DNA of 64,000 nucleotides from Octopus sinensis (Eukaryota), in contig NC_043005.1 of NCBI RefSeq assembly GCF_006345805.1, forward strand, positions 101,742,001 through 101,806,000, read 5' to 3'. Within the stretch, counting starts at the first letter, position 1, and each line of letters opens with the position of its first letter. Below are positions 1 through 13,062 of this stretch, piece by piece. The position numbers were made by a program, and so were the translations under genes. The notes beneath the pieces were generated by a model. It saw only the letters and a program-made list of their open reading frames with translations, ran no database searches and was not told the DNA's origin.

Positions 1-859
1 TGATAACTTCTCTTAATTTCCTCAAAAGTGAAGCATAATAGTCTCCTGTAATTGTGGTACCCTTTGCCAGGAAATCTGTCATTACTACTCCGTCCTGGTC
101 CCAGAAGACTGTGAGTATAACCTTGTCAGCGGAGGGCTGCACCCTTGCCTTCTTTGGAGGAGGTGAGTCACGGTGCTTTCACTGCATTGACTGGGCTTTG
201 GTCTATGGATCATAGTGATGGACCCAGGTTTTATCCTGTGTGATCAGTCTTTTGAAAAATTTTGACTCATCTTCTTGGCACATCTCTAAATTCATCCTCG
301 AGCACTCAACGCGTTCTTGCTTCTGGAAAAGTGTGAGCAACCTGGAAATCCATCTGGCAGACACCTTTTGCATATGCAAATGGCCATGAATGATAGTTTC
401 CACAGACCTGGTACTAATCTTGACCTTATGGGCTATTTGGCGAATAGTTATGCGTTGACCTTCCAAAATGGCAGCCTCAACTTGACGGACAGACGTCTCA
501 TCAACGGCAGAAGGGGGCGACCAGATCTGGGAGCTGTTTCCACAGAGTTCCGACTATGTTTGAATTCACAATGCCAGCGTTTTACAAGGTCATATGATGG
601 GGCATCATCACCATAAGTTACTTTCATTTTATCAAAAGTCTCCCGTGGTGTGCCTCCTTTCAAATACAAAAATCAGATCACTGCTCGACACTCAACAGGC
701 TCCACTTCACACTTGACTCAGTTCAAACACCTGTAAATCAGAAACCACAATTAGTTCGCCACTTAATCTATAGAGGTATAAATAATTGCACATGCAAAAT
801 TTCAGCTAGATCAAACAATTGCAAGTGGGTCAGGGGCATTACTTATTGAACGCCCCTCG
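1..859 (-). mobile_element. mariner DNA transposon, degenerate transposase; runs off the window's left edge
   Basis: Minus-strand translation gives an HTH region (APSYDLVKRWHCEF...APRSGRP), KVSARWISRLL (WVPHEL-type motif), LITQDKTWVHHYDP (first catalytic D) and, after stops, SPPPKKARVQPSADKVILTVFWD...GDYYASLL. It has a frameshift and stops. The terminus CGAGGGGCGTTCAATAAGTAATG starts at 859 (minus), next to TA at 860-861. Confidence 0.93.
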
Positions 860-1009
860 TATGTGAAATTTCCGAAACGATTTAAAACATGAATATAGAG
901 ATGTAGAATGACATCCAAGAAAATGAATACGGAAGGCCAAAGGATTTGAACGCCTCTTAAATACCTTTCCGTAGCACATCTAATGTGTGCCCATTTGCGG
1001 GAGCATTGC

Positions 1010-1255
1010 TATGTATGTATGTATGTATGTATGTATGTATGTATGTATGTATGTATGTATGTATGTATGCGTGTATGTATGTATGTATGTATCTATCTAT
1101 CTACTTATCTATCTATCTATATATCCCCTATACATATCGCCCTTTCTCTCTCAGTGTGTCTGTGTGTGTGTGTGCGGCGCGTGTGTGTATGTGTATATAC
1201 ATACACACATACATCTACCCATCCATACGTATACATGCGCACACACACACACAGT
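1010..1255. repeat. compound microsatellite (ATGT)n/(TATC)n/(TG)n/(CA)n
   Basis: Directly visible. Confidence 0.95.
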
Positions 1256-1434
1256 TCAAAGGATACCATATGTAAAAGTTTGAGAGATCAAGGAGCTCAA
1301 AGAATTCTACGAGCACTCGTTATTAATGGTTTTTGATGTAGGTACATGACCAGCACTTTTGAGAGGAAGATTACCACTACTTATCTTATCAAAGTATAAA
1401 GTAATGCGTTTACTTCAACGGCATTTAAATTCCC

Positions 1435-1507
1435 GGACTTGTACTTCAGAGGGGATCTTTCTAGGTGCTATTCCATGGTCATTCATGACCGAAGGGGGTC
1501 TTTACCT
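1435..1507 (-). mobile_element. short interspersed-repeat fragment, possibly the 5' end of an RTE-type LINE
   Basis: GGTAAAGACCCCCTTCGGTCATGAATGACCATGG... resembles a LINE 5' end I recall from mollusc genomes; not verified. Confidence 0.35.
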
Positions 1508-1564
1508 TCACACACACACACACACACACACACCACACACACACACAATTCATTATCTGTAAAA

Positions 1565-3035
1565 AATAAGGATAAAGTGGTCAGCAAACTTAATTTAAGG
1601 ACGCAAAATATATAATAAAACGTCAAGGTACAATATGTATCTGTCTGTTTGAAAGAGGAGTTAACCTCCCCGAAAACCGCGCATCCCTCACGATATTTAA
1701 ACATGCACGAGGAATATAGCAAACATATTCCTCCGAAACAGTCCTCCATCTAACATGAACAGAAGGCAACTTTCTTCTTTAGCCGGGAGAGTGTAAGTTC
1801 GGGGGGGGGGGGGGTTATTGTGTGCTAGTATTTTCTTTTTTTGTTTTTGTGTCTCGGAGGGGAGAGGGTAGGTTTGGTGTCTGTTGGGGAGGGTGGGACT
1901 GAGGAGGTGTGGGTAGGGTGGGTGCGAGTTGGCATTGCCTTTTCCTTTTGTTTCTACTTTCCACTGTCTTCCACATCTCGTCATTCTCCTTCATTTCTTC
2001 TGATGGTAAATCCTCCTCCGCTTTCATTAGTTCCTTGGGTTCCTCCTGGGTTCCCTTGGTTGTTGAAGGGCAGTCCACACTGATGTGACCCTTTAAGCCA
2101 CATTTAAAGCATCGAGTGATTGATTCTGCGCTCCACCCTCGCTACTTCGTCCAACGTGATGGTCTCTATCATATTTTCCAGGACATTCGCTGAGGCTTGG
2201 ATTTGTCCTCTCCACATTTCGCTATGCGTTTTGGTGACCTGGAGAACCGTTATGTCGTCCTCTTTTTCCTTGAGGACAGCGGCTACTATCCAGGCCAAAT
2301 CTATCTATGGTAGATTTCCTTCAACTCTGACTCTTGGCGCACGGCGTCCCATGAAAGTGGATAGAAGCACTAATTCTTCATCCCTGATAGTCCTCGCTGC
2401 ATACTTCTTAGCAATTTTCTTGTTTTTGAACCTTGCTTCTACTATTTCGAATTTTGTTCCTCTTGAAATGTATACGATGCTTTGCCAAATTGGCCTCAGG
2501 CCCTTATCAACTTGCCTTGTAGTCACAATATCAGTTTTGGCTGTTTTTATCAATAAAGTCTTGCACAATATCGTTCTCTCTCTTAAGTCTTTCAATGTTT
2601 CTTGTATGGTGGAGAGAGTTCCACATTAGAACGGTCCTTACTCATCATTTTCTTATAGTTAGCAATTGTTTTCATGTTTACTTCGTCTTCTTGCCGTCTT
2701 GCCACTCCTGCGAACTTTCTGTCTTCCTGTATTTTCTCGCCCGTTCTTCTCATAGCTTGCAACAATTCATCTTCGGAAGAAGACAACTCAGAACCGCTAA
2801 GGTCTGAATAAAACCTTTTGTTTTTTTTCTCTTTTCCATTGGGATAATTCGCCTCACAAGAGGAGGGAAAGCACAAACAAACTACCGCAAGGCAGCACAA
2901 AACAATCAACAAAGAGTTTAAAAACACTGACACAAAAATTAAAACGATGCAACACTATGAAGAACACCGTCAAAATCACTTACAACTTACGAAACACCTG
3001 AGGCGACGGCGATGTCCACTCAACGATTAGCAAGA
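1565..3035 (-). mobile_element. L1/Tx1-like non-LTR retrotransposon: frameshifted ORF1 (gag-like), apparently joined to a short 3' end with most of ORF2 missing
   Basis: Consecutive minus-strand ORF pieces (2933-2592, 2595-2305, 2298-2104, 2078-1815). CCHC knuckle CFKCGLKGHISVDC at 2070-2111. Basic WKTVESRNKRKR motif and a Pro-rich tail. G14 run at ~1801-1814. Confidence 0.75.
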
Positions 3036-3040
3036 TATGA

Positions 3041-3272
3041 TTTTTTTAAATGAGAATATCTGAAATAAACTCGACTGCTCTCACAAACAGGAGTGCTAAA
3101 CATGAACCCGACCGCTCTCAAAAATAAAGTAAAAAATTAGGAAAATTAATCTAGAATCCTCGTCCATCAACCGATCGAGCCCAAAATCTAATCAGTTTTT
3201 GCCAGCCAAGAGGCCAAACATCCCTAAAAGTTTCATCCGAATCAATCCAGCGATTCTCGAGATATCTTGTCC
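3041..3272 (+). mobile_element. internal fragment of a Helentron-associated non-autonomous (HINE/DINE-1-like) repeat
   Basis: Aligns by eye with 46575-46802 (aaatgagaata...ctctcacaaac...aagaggcc...gtttcatc...gagatatcttgtcca). Confidence 0.7.
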
Positions 3273-3561
3273 AGAGGGAGGGTCATTATGCCAGTATTAT
3301 TAACACACGAACTAGTTCAATTCAACTCCTTTATTAATAGTCAATTGGTGCCCAACTATAACTAAGCGATTGTTTGCTGAACTTGGTCAAGCAGTAAGTC
3401 ATTTGTTTTATTTTTGTTTGTGAAAGCTCTTTCGTGGTTACTTAATATAGCCTTTGACATTAAGACACAATATTCTTTTTCTCTCCCCGTGTATCTCTCC
3501 AAGTATAACATCTCAATATTTCTAAAGAATCTTGCAAACCAGCTACAAAATCAAAGTGCCT

Positions 3562-4075
<514 letters not shown>

Positions 4076-4221
4076 GCATATATATACCTGCTGCTACTAC
4101 ACATTTCGCGTCCTCCCTCAGTCACTTTGGGTTGTTAATCAGCTCTTTTAATTTTGCTAAGTCTGTTTCGGGTTACTTATTATAAATAGAACAGTAAAAG
4201 GATCTCCAATACTACCATTAA

Positions 4222-4300
4222 ATCACCACCACCACCAACACCACCACCACCAACACCAACACCACCACCACCACCACCACCACCACCACACCACCACCAC
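4222..4300. repeat. (CAC/CAA)n low-complexity tract
   Basis: Directly visible. Confidence 0.9.
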
Positions 4301-5111
4301 TATCTCCATTACACTGGCATCGCTAACATTACCCTCTAAAATCACCAGCATTACATTATCGCTACCATGAAAAGCTTCACAAGTATATCAAAGTACTGGC
4401 ATAACGGCTAACATAACCATTACACCACTACCACGACTAACACCTCCGTTTTCACTACTAGACCAGTATCACTACTATCAGAAGAACGACTATTAACACG
4501 CATATATTTATGTATGTATATCGTTGTGTTTGTTTATCTGTATTATTGTTGTGTGAAAGACTGTTTGTGTGTGTGTGTGTTCAAATATCTAAAGCTGAGT
4601 TTGTGTGAGTTTCTTCTCGGGTTACGTTGTTTCACTTTATCAAACTTTATCAAGCTATCGCGTGAGTTCCATTTATAGCTGAGAAAAAGACCCGAAAGGC
4701 AGGGCAACCGCATTGCTACACGCATTCGTAAAACGATACAGATGCCTTACAAAAACACAAAAAAAGAACAAAAACAAGCAAACAAGCAAACATAAATAAT
4801 TAACAAATTTGCAGAAACAATATGACAATGAAAAGAACAACAAGGTGGAGATAATAACGGATATTATAAAAATATTTAGTAATATTAAGGAATTCAGAAT
4901 TCTGTGTTGAGAGAGATTACAAAAGTTTAAAAATATCAAGATTTTATATTTAGGGACATTGAAGGAGAGTGAAAAAGAATGATATGGACATTTAATGACT
5001 GTGATTATATTAATATTGTCTAGCTGTTAGTGGAATAATGAATTTTGGATTGTTCATGGCTTGGTTATTATTGGCGGGGTGGGCGGTTACTTATGTTATA
5101 TATATATATAA

Positions 5112-5150
<39 letters not shown>

Positions 5151-5169
5151 AATGTAAAAAATATACAAA

Positions 5170-5539
5170 CTGGGACAAGATCGTGAAACATTTAGAAGAC
5201 GATACAAAAAACACGGACAGGACATTCGAAGCCTTCAATCTTCAGTCAAGAACCGGATCATCTTCGCAATTTCGGCTGATTAATCTTGAGATTGCTCCGA
5301 TCTGGCCAGCCCCAAAGGAAAATCTATATATATATTATATATATATATGTAGGGGAAGAATTCACGAAAAAAAACCAAAAGACGAAGACAGGTGGTGTAG
5401 AAAACAAACGGATGTATTACTATAACGCTCGGGAATTGAAAAAGTCTTTTGCCTTTCGAGCCTACGCTCTTTCACAGAAAGGGACCACAGAGAAAACAAA
5501 GAGTGAAAAAATGTGTGTACTGGCTACCGATCAATCATG

Positions 5540-5600
<61 letters not shown>

Positions 5601-6681
5601 ATATTTAGGAATGGTCATATTGCCAGTTTAGCCAATAAAAACACACGCACTATATATTTGGTGTTATTTTGCTTCAGTGATATTTATTTCTTACATTAAT
5701 CTTAATCTTATTTCGGCCAAAGTTCTTTCGTCACACTCCTGTGACCGCATCAGTGGTCCTTTGTTTTCTTCTCACTTACTTGTGTCTCTCCTTACTAACC
5801 GTCAGCCATTTTGTATTTCTATTGTATGTCTTGAGATTGCTCCGATCTGGCCAGCCCCAAAGGAAAATCTCTCTATATATATATATATGTAGGGGAAGAA
5901 TTCACGAAAAAAAAACAAAAGACGAAGACAGGTGGTGTAGAAAACAAACGGATGTATTACTATAACACTCGGGAATACCCCGAAACGCGTCTGTAGCTGC
6001 CGGCCAAGTAGTGTGGAGCGACTGACCTCCCTTGTTCAAAGGTTATATGGATACAGTTTGTGTATCAAATAGCTAACTTAAGGCGATGGCCTCATGGAGC
6101 TAATAAGCGGTCAGCTTTATTCTTATTTTTATAAGAATGCCATATTGGTATGGCGATAACTAATATTTTATATATATATGTATATATATATATATTTATT
6201 TTTTTTTTCAATTAGATTTATTATTATTATTACTAATTTTGTTGTTATACATACATACAAGCATATGTAATGATAATAATGGGTGGATGTAAACACATGA
6301 ACAAAATTAGAACAAAAGCAACAACAACAAAAACAATACAAATTACAAGAATGTATATAACCAGAAGATACAATATTACAGGCATCCCCCCCCACACACA
6401 CTAAATAAACATAGACGCACATAGATATATAAGCATGCGCAAATGAAGACATACAATAGAAATACAAAATGGCTGACGGTTAGTAAGGAGAGACACAAGT
6501 AAGTGAGAAGAAAACAAAGGACCACTGATGCGGTCACAGGAGTGTGACGAAAGAACTTTGGCCGAAATAAGATTAAGATTAATGTAAGAAATAAATATCA
6601 CTGAAGCAAAATAACCCAAATATATAGTGCGTGTGTTTTTATTGGCTAAACTGGCAATATGACCATTCCTAAATATAACAA
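5170..6681. mobile_element. rearranged cluster of Penelope-like terminal (pLTR-type) fragments with direct and inverted duplications
   Basis: Direct repeat 5285-5435/5830-5975 and inverted repeat 5596-5832/6446-6681. Decayed hammerhead-like motifs at 5447-5481(-), 5714-5758(-) and 6519-6563(+), plus GAAACGCGTC at 5981-5990. 5349-5540 is homologous to 41462-41650. Confidence 0.7.
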
Positions 6682-6738
6682 ATCTGTTTCAACAACACGA
6701 CTTCACATAAAAAATCTTGCACAATAAATATTTAAACG

Positions 6739-6796
<58 letters not shown>

Positions 6797-6799
<3 letters not shown>

Positions 6800-7050
6800 G
6801 AAAGAACCACCTTTTATCAATTCAAAATGAACAATTGAATTACACCATCTAGAAAATTACATGTAATAGAAATATTAAATTAAAATAACAATAAAATACC
6901 AATGATTAAGTAAATTGCAAAAAAATAATAAAAAAGTATATAATTGGTATATATATATATACGTTTTTATTATTTTTTATTGTGTAAATTTTGATTTAGT
7001 ATTCTTAATTGAATTTTTTCCCTGTAAGTTAGGATTAATATTCTCTCAAA
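6797..7050 (+). repeat. TA-flanked dispersed AT-rich repeat; second copy at 49541-49760
   Basis: Shared ttagaaa..ccaccttttat..aattcaa..atgaa...caatgattaagtaa...tttgatttagtatt...gaattttt(t)ccct.taagtt. Confidence 0.8.
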
Positions 7051-7104
<54 letters not shown>

Positions 7105-8194
7105 TGTGTGTGTGCATATTTCAGAATATATGTCTATGTCTGTATGTGTGTGACGGTATTTCGTTTAAGTGCTTCGTGCCTTCTTAGTATAATTCACTTC
7201 AGAAAGGTACGTCCAAAACTTTACTGAAACAACTTCATAGTAATTACTAAACACGTAACTTGCAAAACATTACAGTAGAAAAAACAACTCATTAGTAGAA
7301 ACCATAGAACAAACAAAATGAAAGGTTCATTTACATCCATAAACACTGAATATCTCCTTCACAATTTCAAGAAATTTTCCGGGTCGTATGTAGTTCGGAT
7401 ATTGAGAATCACCTCAGGCAAATTAAGATTCTTTACAACTGCAAAATATCCAACATAACACAGCAAAATAAACGATTTGAAGAAAATATTAAGCTTAGAC
7501 CTAAAACTGAACCACCAGCAACTAACGAAATCAAAACCGGTAATCGTAATATAATTTGGTTCAATCGCTTATATCCGTTAAAAAACGGTGTATTTCCCAA
7601 ACGATTAGGCCTAAATTACAGTTGCATGAATAATATAGGAACCAGCATTGCATGTCCTAGGTACTGAGTAAGCACCCTAGAGCCTCTTCATAAAACGGAG
7701 AACCCGAAAAATATTCTATTGGCCTCTTTCTGAATAATTTGGCTAACAATAACGTCAGGGGACATAAGTGTAACAACGTAAAAAGGAAATTTAAACGATG
7801 TTGAATAACTGATCTGCAATGCTACAGCGTCAATCCTATGATGCTAATCACAATGGAACATTTATTAGAAAGTACGAAAATAGCTTCAAGAACCGACATT
7901 TAAACCGTAATTCCACCACACACAGACAAAAGAATGAGCACAGAATTATTAAGACATGCAACATTTGTAAGATGAATGACATTGATAACATTCATATGAC
8001 TTAATCGCTACTGCCTGTTAGGGACAAGTATGTTCCCTGTTCACGTTTTTGAAATGACTAAAAATACTTCATGTTTTCAAAACAACTAACACCAAAAAGA
8101 AAACTGAGTTTCTTTCTGTCACCACGCAAAGCAGTTCACTTACTCAAACTTCCGTTAGCCACTAAAGCCCTTTTTTTTAATCCCCTCTCTGTTT

Positions 8195-8700
8195 ATTTTC
8201 GTGTGATACTTTCTGTTGAAGAGCATAGGCTCGAAACATAAAAGACTTTCTCACTTTCCCGAGCGTTAAACTAATACACCCATTTGTTGTTTACACACCT
8301 GTCTTCGTCTTCTTTTTTGTAAATTCCAACTTTATATATATATACATAAGTAAAAGAAGACAAGGTAGAAAATAGTAAAATAATTTTATCATAAAAAGGA
8401 TTTTAGTACCGGTTTCAGTCTTTGCGAATTTTCCAACATGAAAAACAATAAAATTGTGGAAAAATGAAATGAAATGTTTTTTTAAAAATATTTCCATAGA
8501 TTTCAGATGCAAGGGATATTTTCCCTTTTTTCTGTATGTCTGTCTGTCTCCTTTTCTTTTTACTCTTGTGAGGGCTTGGTAGCAGGTAGTAGCAGTCCTA
8601 ATAGTAGGATTGTTTTTACTTTAAGTTGAAAAAGTTGTAGAGACTGAAACCGGTATTAAACTGTTCTTCATGAAAAAGTTATTTTAGCATTTTCTAGCTT
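8195..8700. mobile_element. Penelope-like terminal fragments: A6U hammerhead-like motif (8209-8244) and a diverged inverted pair (about 8345-8440 / 8626-8710)
   Basis: cttt-CTGTTGA-A-GAGC-atag-GCTC-GAAA-ca-TA-aaag. The sequence gactgaaaccggta...ttattttag/ac..attttcta.cttgtctt occurs in both orientations. Confidence 0.6.
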
Positions 8701-8759
8701 GTCTTATTTTCCTTCTACATATGAACACGTGTGTTCCTTTTCAACCTTCTACATATCTA

Positions 8760-8781
8760 TACACATACACACACACACACA

Positions 8782-8828
<47 letters not shown>

Positions 8829-8845
8829 GTATATATATGTATATG

Positions 8846-8888
<43 letters not shown>

Positions 8889-8898
8889 TATGTATATA

Positions 8899-8976
<78 letters not shown>

Positions 8977-8985
8977 TTAATTATT
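8760..8985. repeat. (CA)n/(TA)n microsatellite
   Basis: Directly visible. Confidence 0.95.
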
Positions 8986-9232
8986 TATTTATTTATATCA
9001 TAAAATGTAAATCCTTAGACCATCATTCGTCAATCTCGGCAAATCGAATGTCAAGAATACGTTTAATTACTCTGATAAGCTTCAATCGCGAAAGATTTCT
9101 ATTTTCTTCGGTCTGCATGTACTAAGAACTGTCCAAGGGTGAGAGCATAAAACACTGAGTAACAGAATGCTACTTACTGGAATTATATCCTTTTATATTA
9201 TTCGCAATTCACAACCAAAGGGCACAAGTGAG

Positions 9233-9452
9233 TAAGGTCGCAAGTCAGCGCCAGCATTGCTAGAAAAAAGAGTCAAAAATCCTCTTGGCCACGGACAAGC
9301 ACTGATAGGGGAGACAAGTTCCTTACAGCAAGTGAGATATTGCTGTAAGGAGCTTGCCTTCCATGTCAGTCATTAGATAAGTGCTTGTTCATGGTGCTAA
9401 GAGCTGTTTTGACTCTTATTTCTAGTAATCCTGGTACTAACTTGCACCCTTA
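9233..9452. repeat. 220 bp imperfect foldback (MITE-like palindrome)
   Basis: Inner stem caagttccttacagcaa (9315-9331) / ttgctgtaaggagcttg (9340-9356). Outer arms ctagaaaaaagagtcaaaa / ttttgactcttattttctag and taagg..gcaagt / acttgc..cctta. Confidence 0.85.
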
Positions 9453-9467
9453 GACCTTTTAGTGACT

Positions 9468-9552
<85 letters not shown>

Positions 9553-9892
9553 TATATTTATATGTATATATACATATACATACATGCACACACACACATA
9601 TATTATATATATATACTCTATTATGATTTTATTTTTATTCTCCTTCGATGACTTTCCTATTTTTTTTTTGTTTATTGAAATATAACGAAATTATATTTAA
9701 ATGAATATATTTAGATGAGAATGCTAATAATTTGCTCATTAGGTATTCGGGATCTAATCTATATGAATGCAGTTAGTAAACTTCGTTCATTAGCTATGTA
9801 TTTCAATTGAGGGGACTATTTATGTATTCATGACATTATTTCATGGTATTACGATATTGCCATAGCAAAAGATAGATTGACGTAAATGAGAA

Positions 9893-9920
9893 TGAGAGAG
9901 AAAGAGACAGAAACAGAGAG

Positions 9921-9971
<51 letters not shown>

Positions 9972-9973
9972 GG

Positions 9974-10012
<39 letters not shown>

Positions 10013-10020
10013 GAGAGTGG
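9893..10020. repeat. (GA)n microsatellite
   Basis: Directly visible. Confidence 0.95.
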
Positions 10021-11178
10021 AAATAGAGATACAGTATTGTCCATGGCTTAATGCTCCCACTTTCCTTCTCATTTTCTTCTTTGCTAATATTTTCTCGCTT
10101 CTTTCTATTTTCTGAATATATTTCAGAAGGTAGTGTTTCCCTATCTTTCTTTCTCTGTGTGTTTCTCTCTCGTTTTTTTTTTCTCTCTCTCCCTCTGCGT
10201 CTTTATCTCTCTACCTCTCTATTATTGGCGGAAAGAAACTAAAATCCCGCACACACACACACACACGCACATACAAAAAGCAAACAAAATATTGTGCCGG
10301 TTGGTGGGATCTGTTGAAGCGAACTTAAGTGAGATTGCATTAGACATTTCTAATATCTTGCGTCAGCAGCAGGAACAGAAAAGATACAGTAGAGAGCGAA
10401 TAGAAGGAAAGGAGTTGCAAAGACGAGAGAGTGGGGAATACAGCGTTCTTCTATGTTATAATAACCAATCCTATACCATCAGCTGTTACCTAATTACTTT
10501 GTTTTGCCAACGTGACACATAACTTTCTCGTTTATATAGAATTAAGTACAACATTCTAGGCACGAAACTACAAATCACTCCATTTTGCTGACGGTTGTGG
10601 CAATAGATTTATTATTACTAAATACTTGCGTTTTTGGTGGTGTTTTATGGTTTTTATTACATTTTTATGACATAGTTTTTTCTCTTATGATTTGCCTTAC
10701 TTCTTTGGTAAGACGATTAAATGAAGTAGTCTAAGAAGTTTCTATTATCAATGTCATTATAATCAGAAAAGCAACGAAGTGGTATGAATGGTTAAGCGCC
10801 CGAAGAATATGATTTCAGATCTATTTACGTTCGTGTTCACTTCGTAGCGTTACTGTTATTTTTAGTCTGTTTTGGGTCACTAAAGTAAATGTAATACTAA
10901 TGGCAATCAATTTTTCTGTTCCCTACAAATCTGCTTCCTTGAAGTTAAAAAATAAAGAAAAGTAATCGTTAACGTTACAAAATGGATCTGTTTCATCAAA
11001 ACAGAAGATTTAGGTACTTTTTTCTACGATCAGTAAACGAAATTAAATAGGAGCAGTTACGAATGATAGTTTATTTTAACTGATGCTAATTAGTTCACAA
11101 GCTGCAACACATTTGAACAGTAGAAAAAGAAAAGCAGATCTGATTTAAAAAAAATAACATGTTCTTTGAGATTTAGAG

Positions 11179-11582
11179 ACTACTCGCAGTATAGCCCAGC
11201 GTTGCTCGGGCTTGTTTTCTTTTCGACCCTGTAGAATTGGAATTTTTGAAAAGTAAAAATTTTGCCTTATGTAGCTTGTTATTCTCTTTAAGTGAACATT
11301 TTTCTGGTTGAAATACACCGAAAAATGGCGACACAGCAGTCAAAAAATCTTTAAAAATAGGGATTTTCATAGAAAAAAAGCACCTTTTTGATTTAAATAA
11401 TTGTTGGTGTTAACATGGTCCGATTTGAGTTTTTTCTTCTACGGAATGAAGAGTAAGCCTTCTTCTATTATATTCTCAATTTTGGTCAACTTGCGCCGCA
11501 GGGTCTCGGAGGAAATAGTGTTAGTTGAAAGCTACCAAACCTGCCATACACAGACAACTTCAGCTTTATATAGAGAGAGATT
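11179..11582 (+). mobile_element. non-autonomous Helitron/Helentron-type element (Lep1/DINE-1-like architecture)
   Basis: 5' ACTA..GCAGTATAGCCCAGCGTTGCTCGGGC hairpin and 3' cagacaacttcagctttatatagagagagatt end. A related 5' end (actagcagtattgcccggc) occurs at ~34545. Confidence 0.65.
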
Positions 11583-11922
11583 ACTATGCTGAGACTAATG
11601 AAAATTTAATAACAAATTGCTAAGTTATTCACATTAAATATGTAATGTTGAGGCCTTTCCTATGAACATTATCACAATCATTAGCGAAGGGAGCAGAAAA
11701 TATTTGTAACATAGTCGAAGTATTAACACTACTCAGTGATTTCATATTGATTTCTTACGAATAATGCCCACAATAACAACCCAATTTCCCTCAAAATTCA
11801 CATGCATAATTATGATGATGTTCCACACTCAGCCAATCCTCGCTGATCATATTCTTTTATTCTTTCTCTGTAATAAAGTAGAAGTGATTTCTCTTTTTTT
11901 TTCTGGAGGAAACCTCTGCAGA

Positions 11923-12162
11923 CCTATTTATTTACTACCCACAAGGGGCTAAACACAGAGGGGACAAACAAGGACAGACATAGGTATTAAATCGATTACA
12001 TCGACCCCAGTGCGTAACTAGTACTTAATTTATCGATCCCGAATGGAATGGATGAAAGGCAAAGTCGACCTCGGTGGAATTTGAACTCAGAACGTAGCGG
12101 CAGACGAAATACGGCTACGCATTTCGCCCGGCGTGCTCACGTGTCTGCCAGCTCACCGCCTT
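11923..12162 (-). mobile_element. tRNA-related SINE, family B
   Basis: AAGGCGG.GAGCTGGCAGA head, GAGTTCAAATTCC B-box-like motif, GTCGACTTTGCCTTTCATCC central block. Multiple copies in the window. Confidence 0.9.
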
Positions 12163-12226
12163 TTGAGAAGTGCAGAACCGTCTCTTCATCATCTCGCTGC
12201 TGATACCTGAGAGCTGAAGAGAGACG

Positions 12227-12227
<1 letters not shown>

Positions 12228-12262
<35 letters not shown>

Positions 12263-12516
12263 CAGAGAGGGGAAGAAAGAGAGAGGAAGAAAGAGAGAGA
12301 GAGTGTGTGTGTGTGAGATAGAGAGAGAGCGAAAGAGAGAGAGAGAGAAAGAAAGAGAGAAGGCAAGAGAGACAGAGTGAAAGAGTGAGACAAAAAGTGA
12401 GAAAGAGAGAGAGAACGAGAGAGAGGCAGAGAGAGACACAGAGAAAGAATGAGAGAGTGTGTGTGTGAGATAGAGAGAGAGAGAGAGAGCGAACGAGAGA
12501 GAGAGAGGGAGAAACA

Positions 12517-12557
<41 letters not shown>
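12228..12557. repeat. (GA)n-rich tract
   Basis: Directly visible. Confidence 0.95.
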
Positions 12558-12560
<3 letters not shown>

Positions 12561-13062
12561 TAATCAGAAATTGCAGAAATTTACTGGTACTTATTTTTAC
12601 GGGCTTGGAAGGCGAACAAAGTCTAAGTTCGCCTCAGAATGAATTCATATTCCACAGAGTAAATATATTGCAACGCTCTACCAGTTCAGCGAAACGATCA
12701 CTCTGACTGGAAGATGCGCTGCTATTTATATTAATATCTATCTCTGATTCATTATTATTATTATTATTATCTGATGGGCCTCTAATCCTCCGATCTAGTA
12801 CTCCTGCACTTCCTACAAGACCCACACATTTATCTCTCTCCCTTATTAATCCCACTGCATCAAATCTTCGAAGCCCAACCGGAGACACTCATTCCTTGCC
12901 CTTCATGGTTTCTGTCTACTTCAAACAACAGATATTCAAAATAAACATCAAGTAAATCAATCTCAAACGTTTAGAAGGTTGTAGAAGGTTTTAGAAGATA
13001 TCTTCAAAGACATATTTATTGGCTTCCCTCTTCTGGCAAAAATATCTTACAAAAAGCAAACT

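Noticed and set aside
9075-9110. CTGATAA-GC..GC-GAAAGATTTCTA hammerhead-like string
   Set aside because: G8A without C3U compensation, a 2 bp stem II and no stem I.
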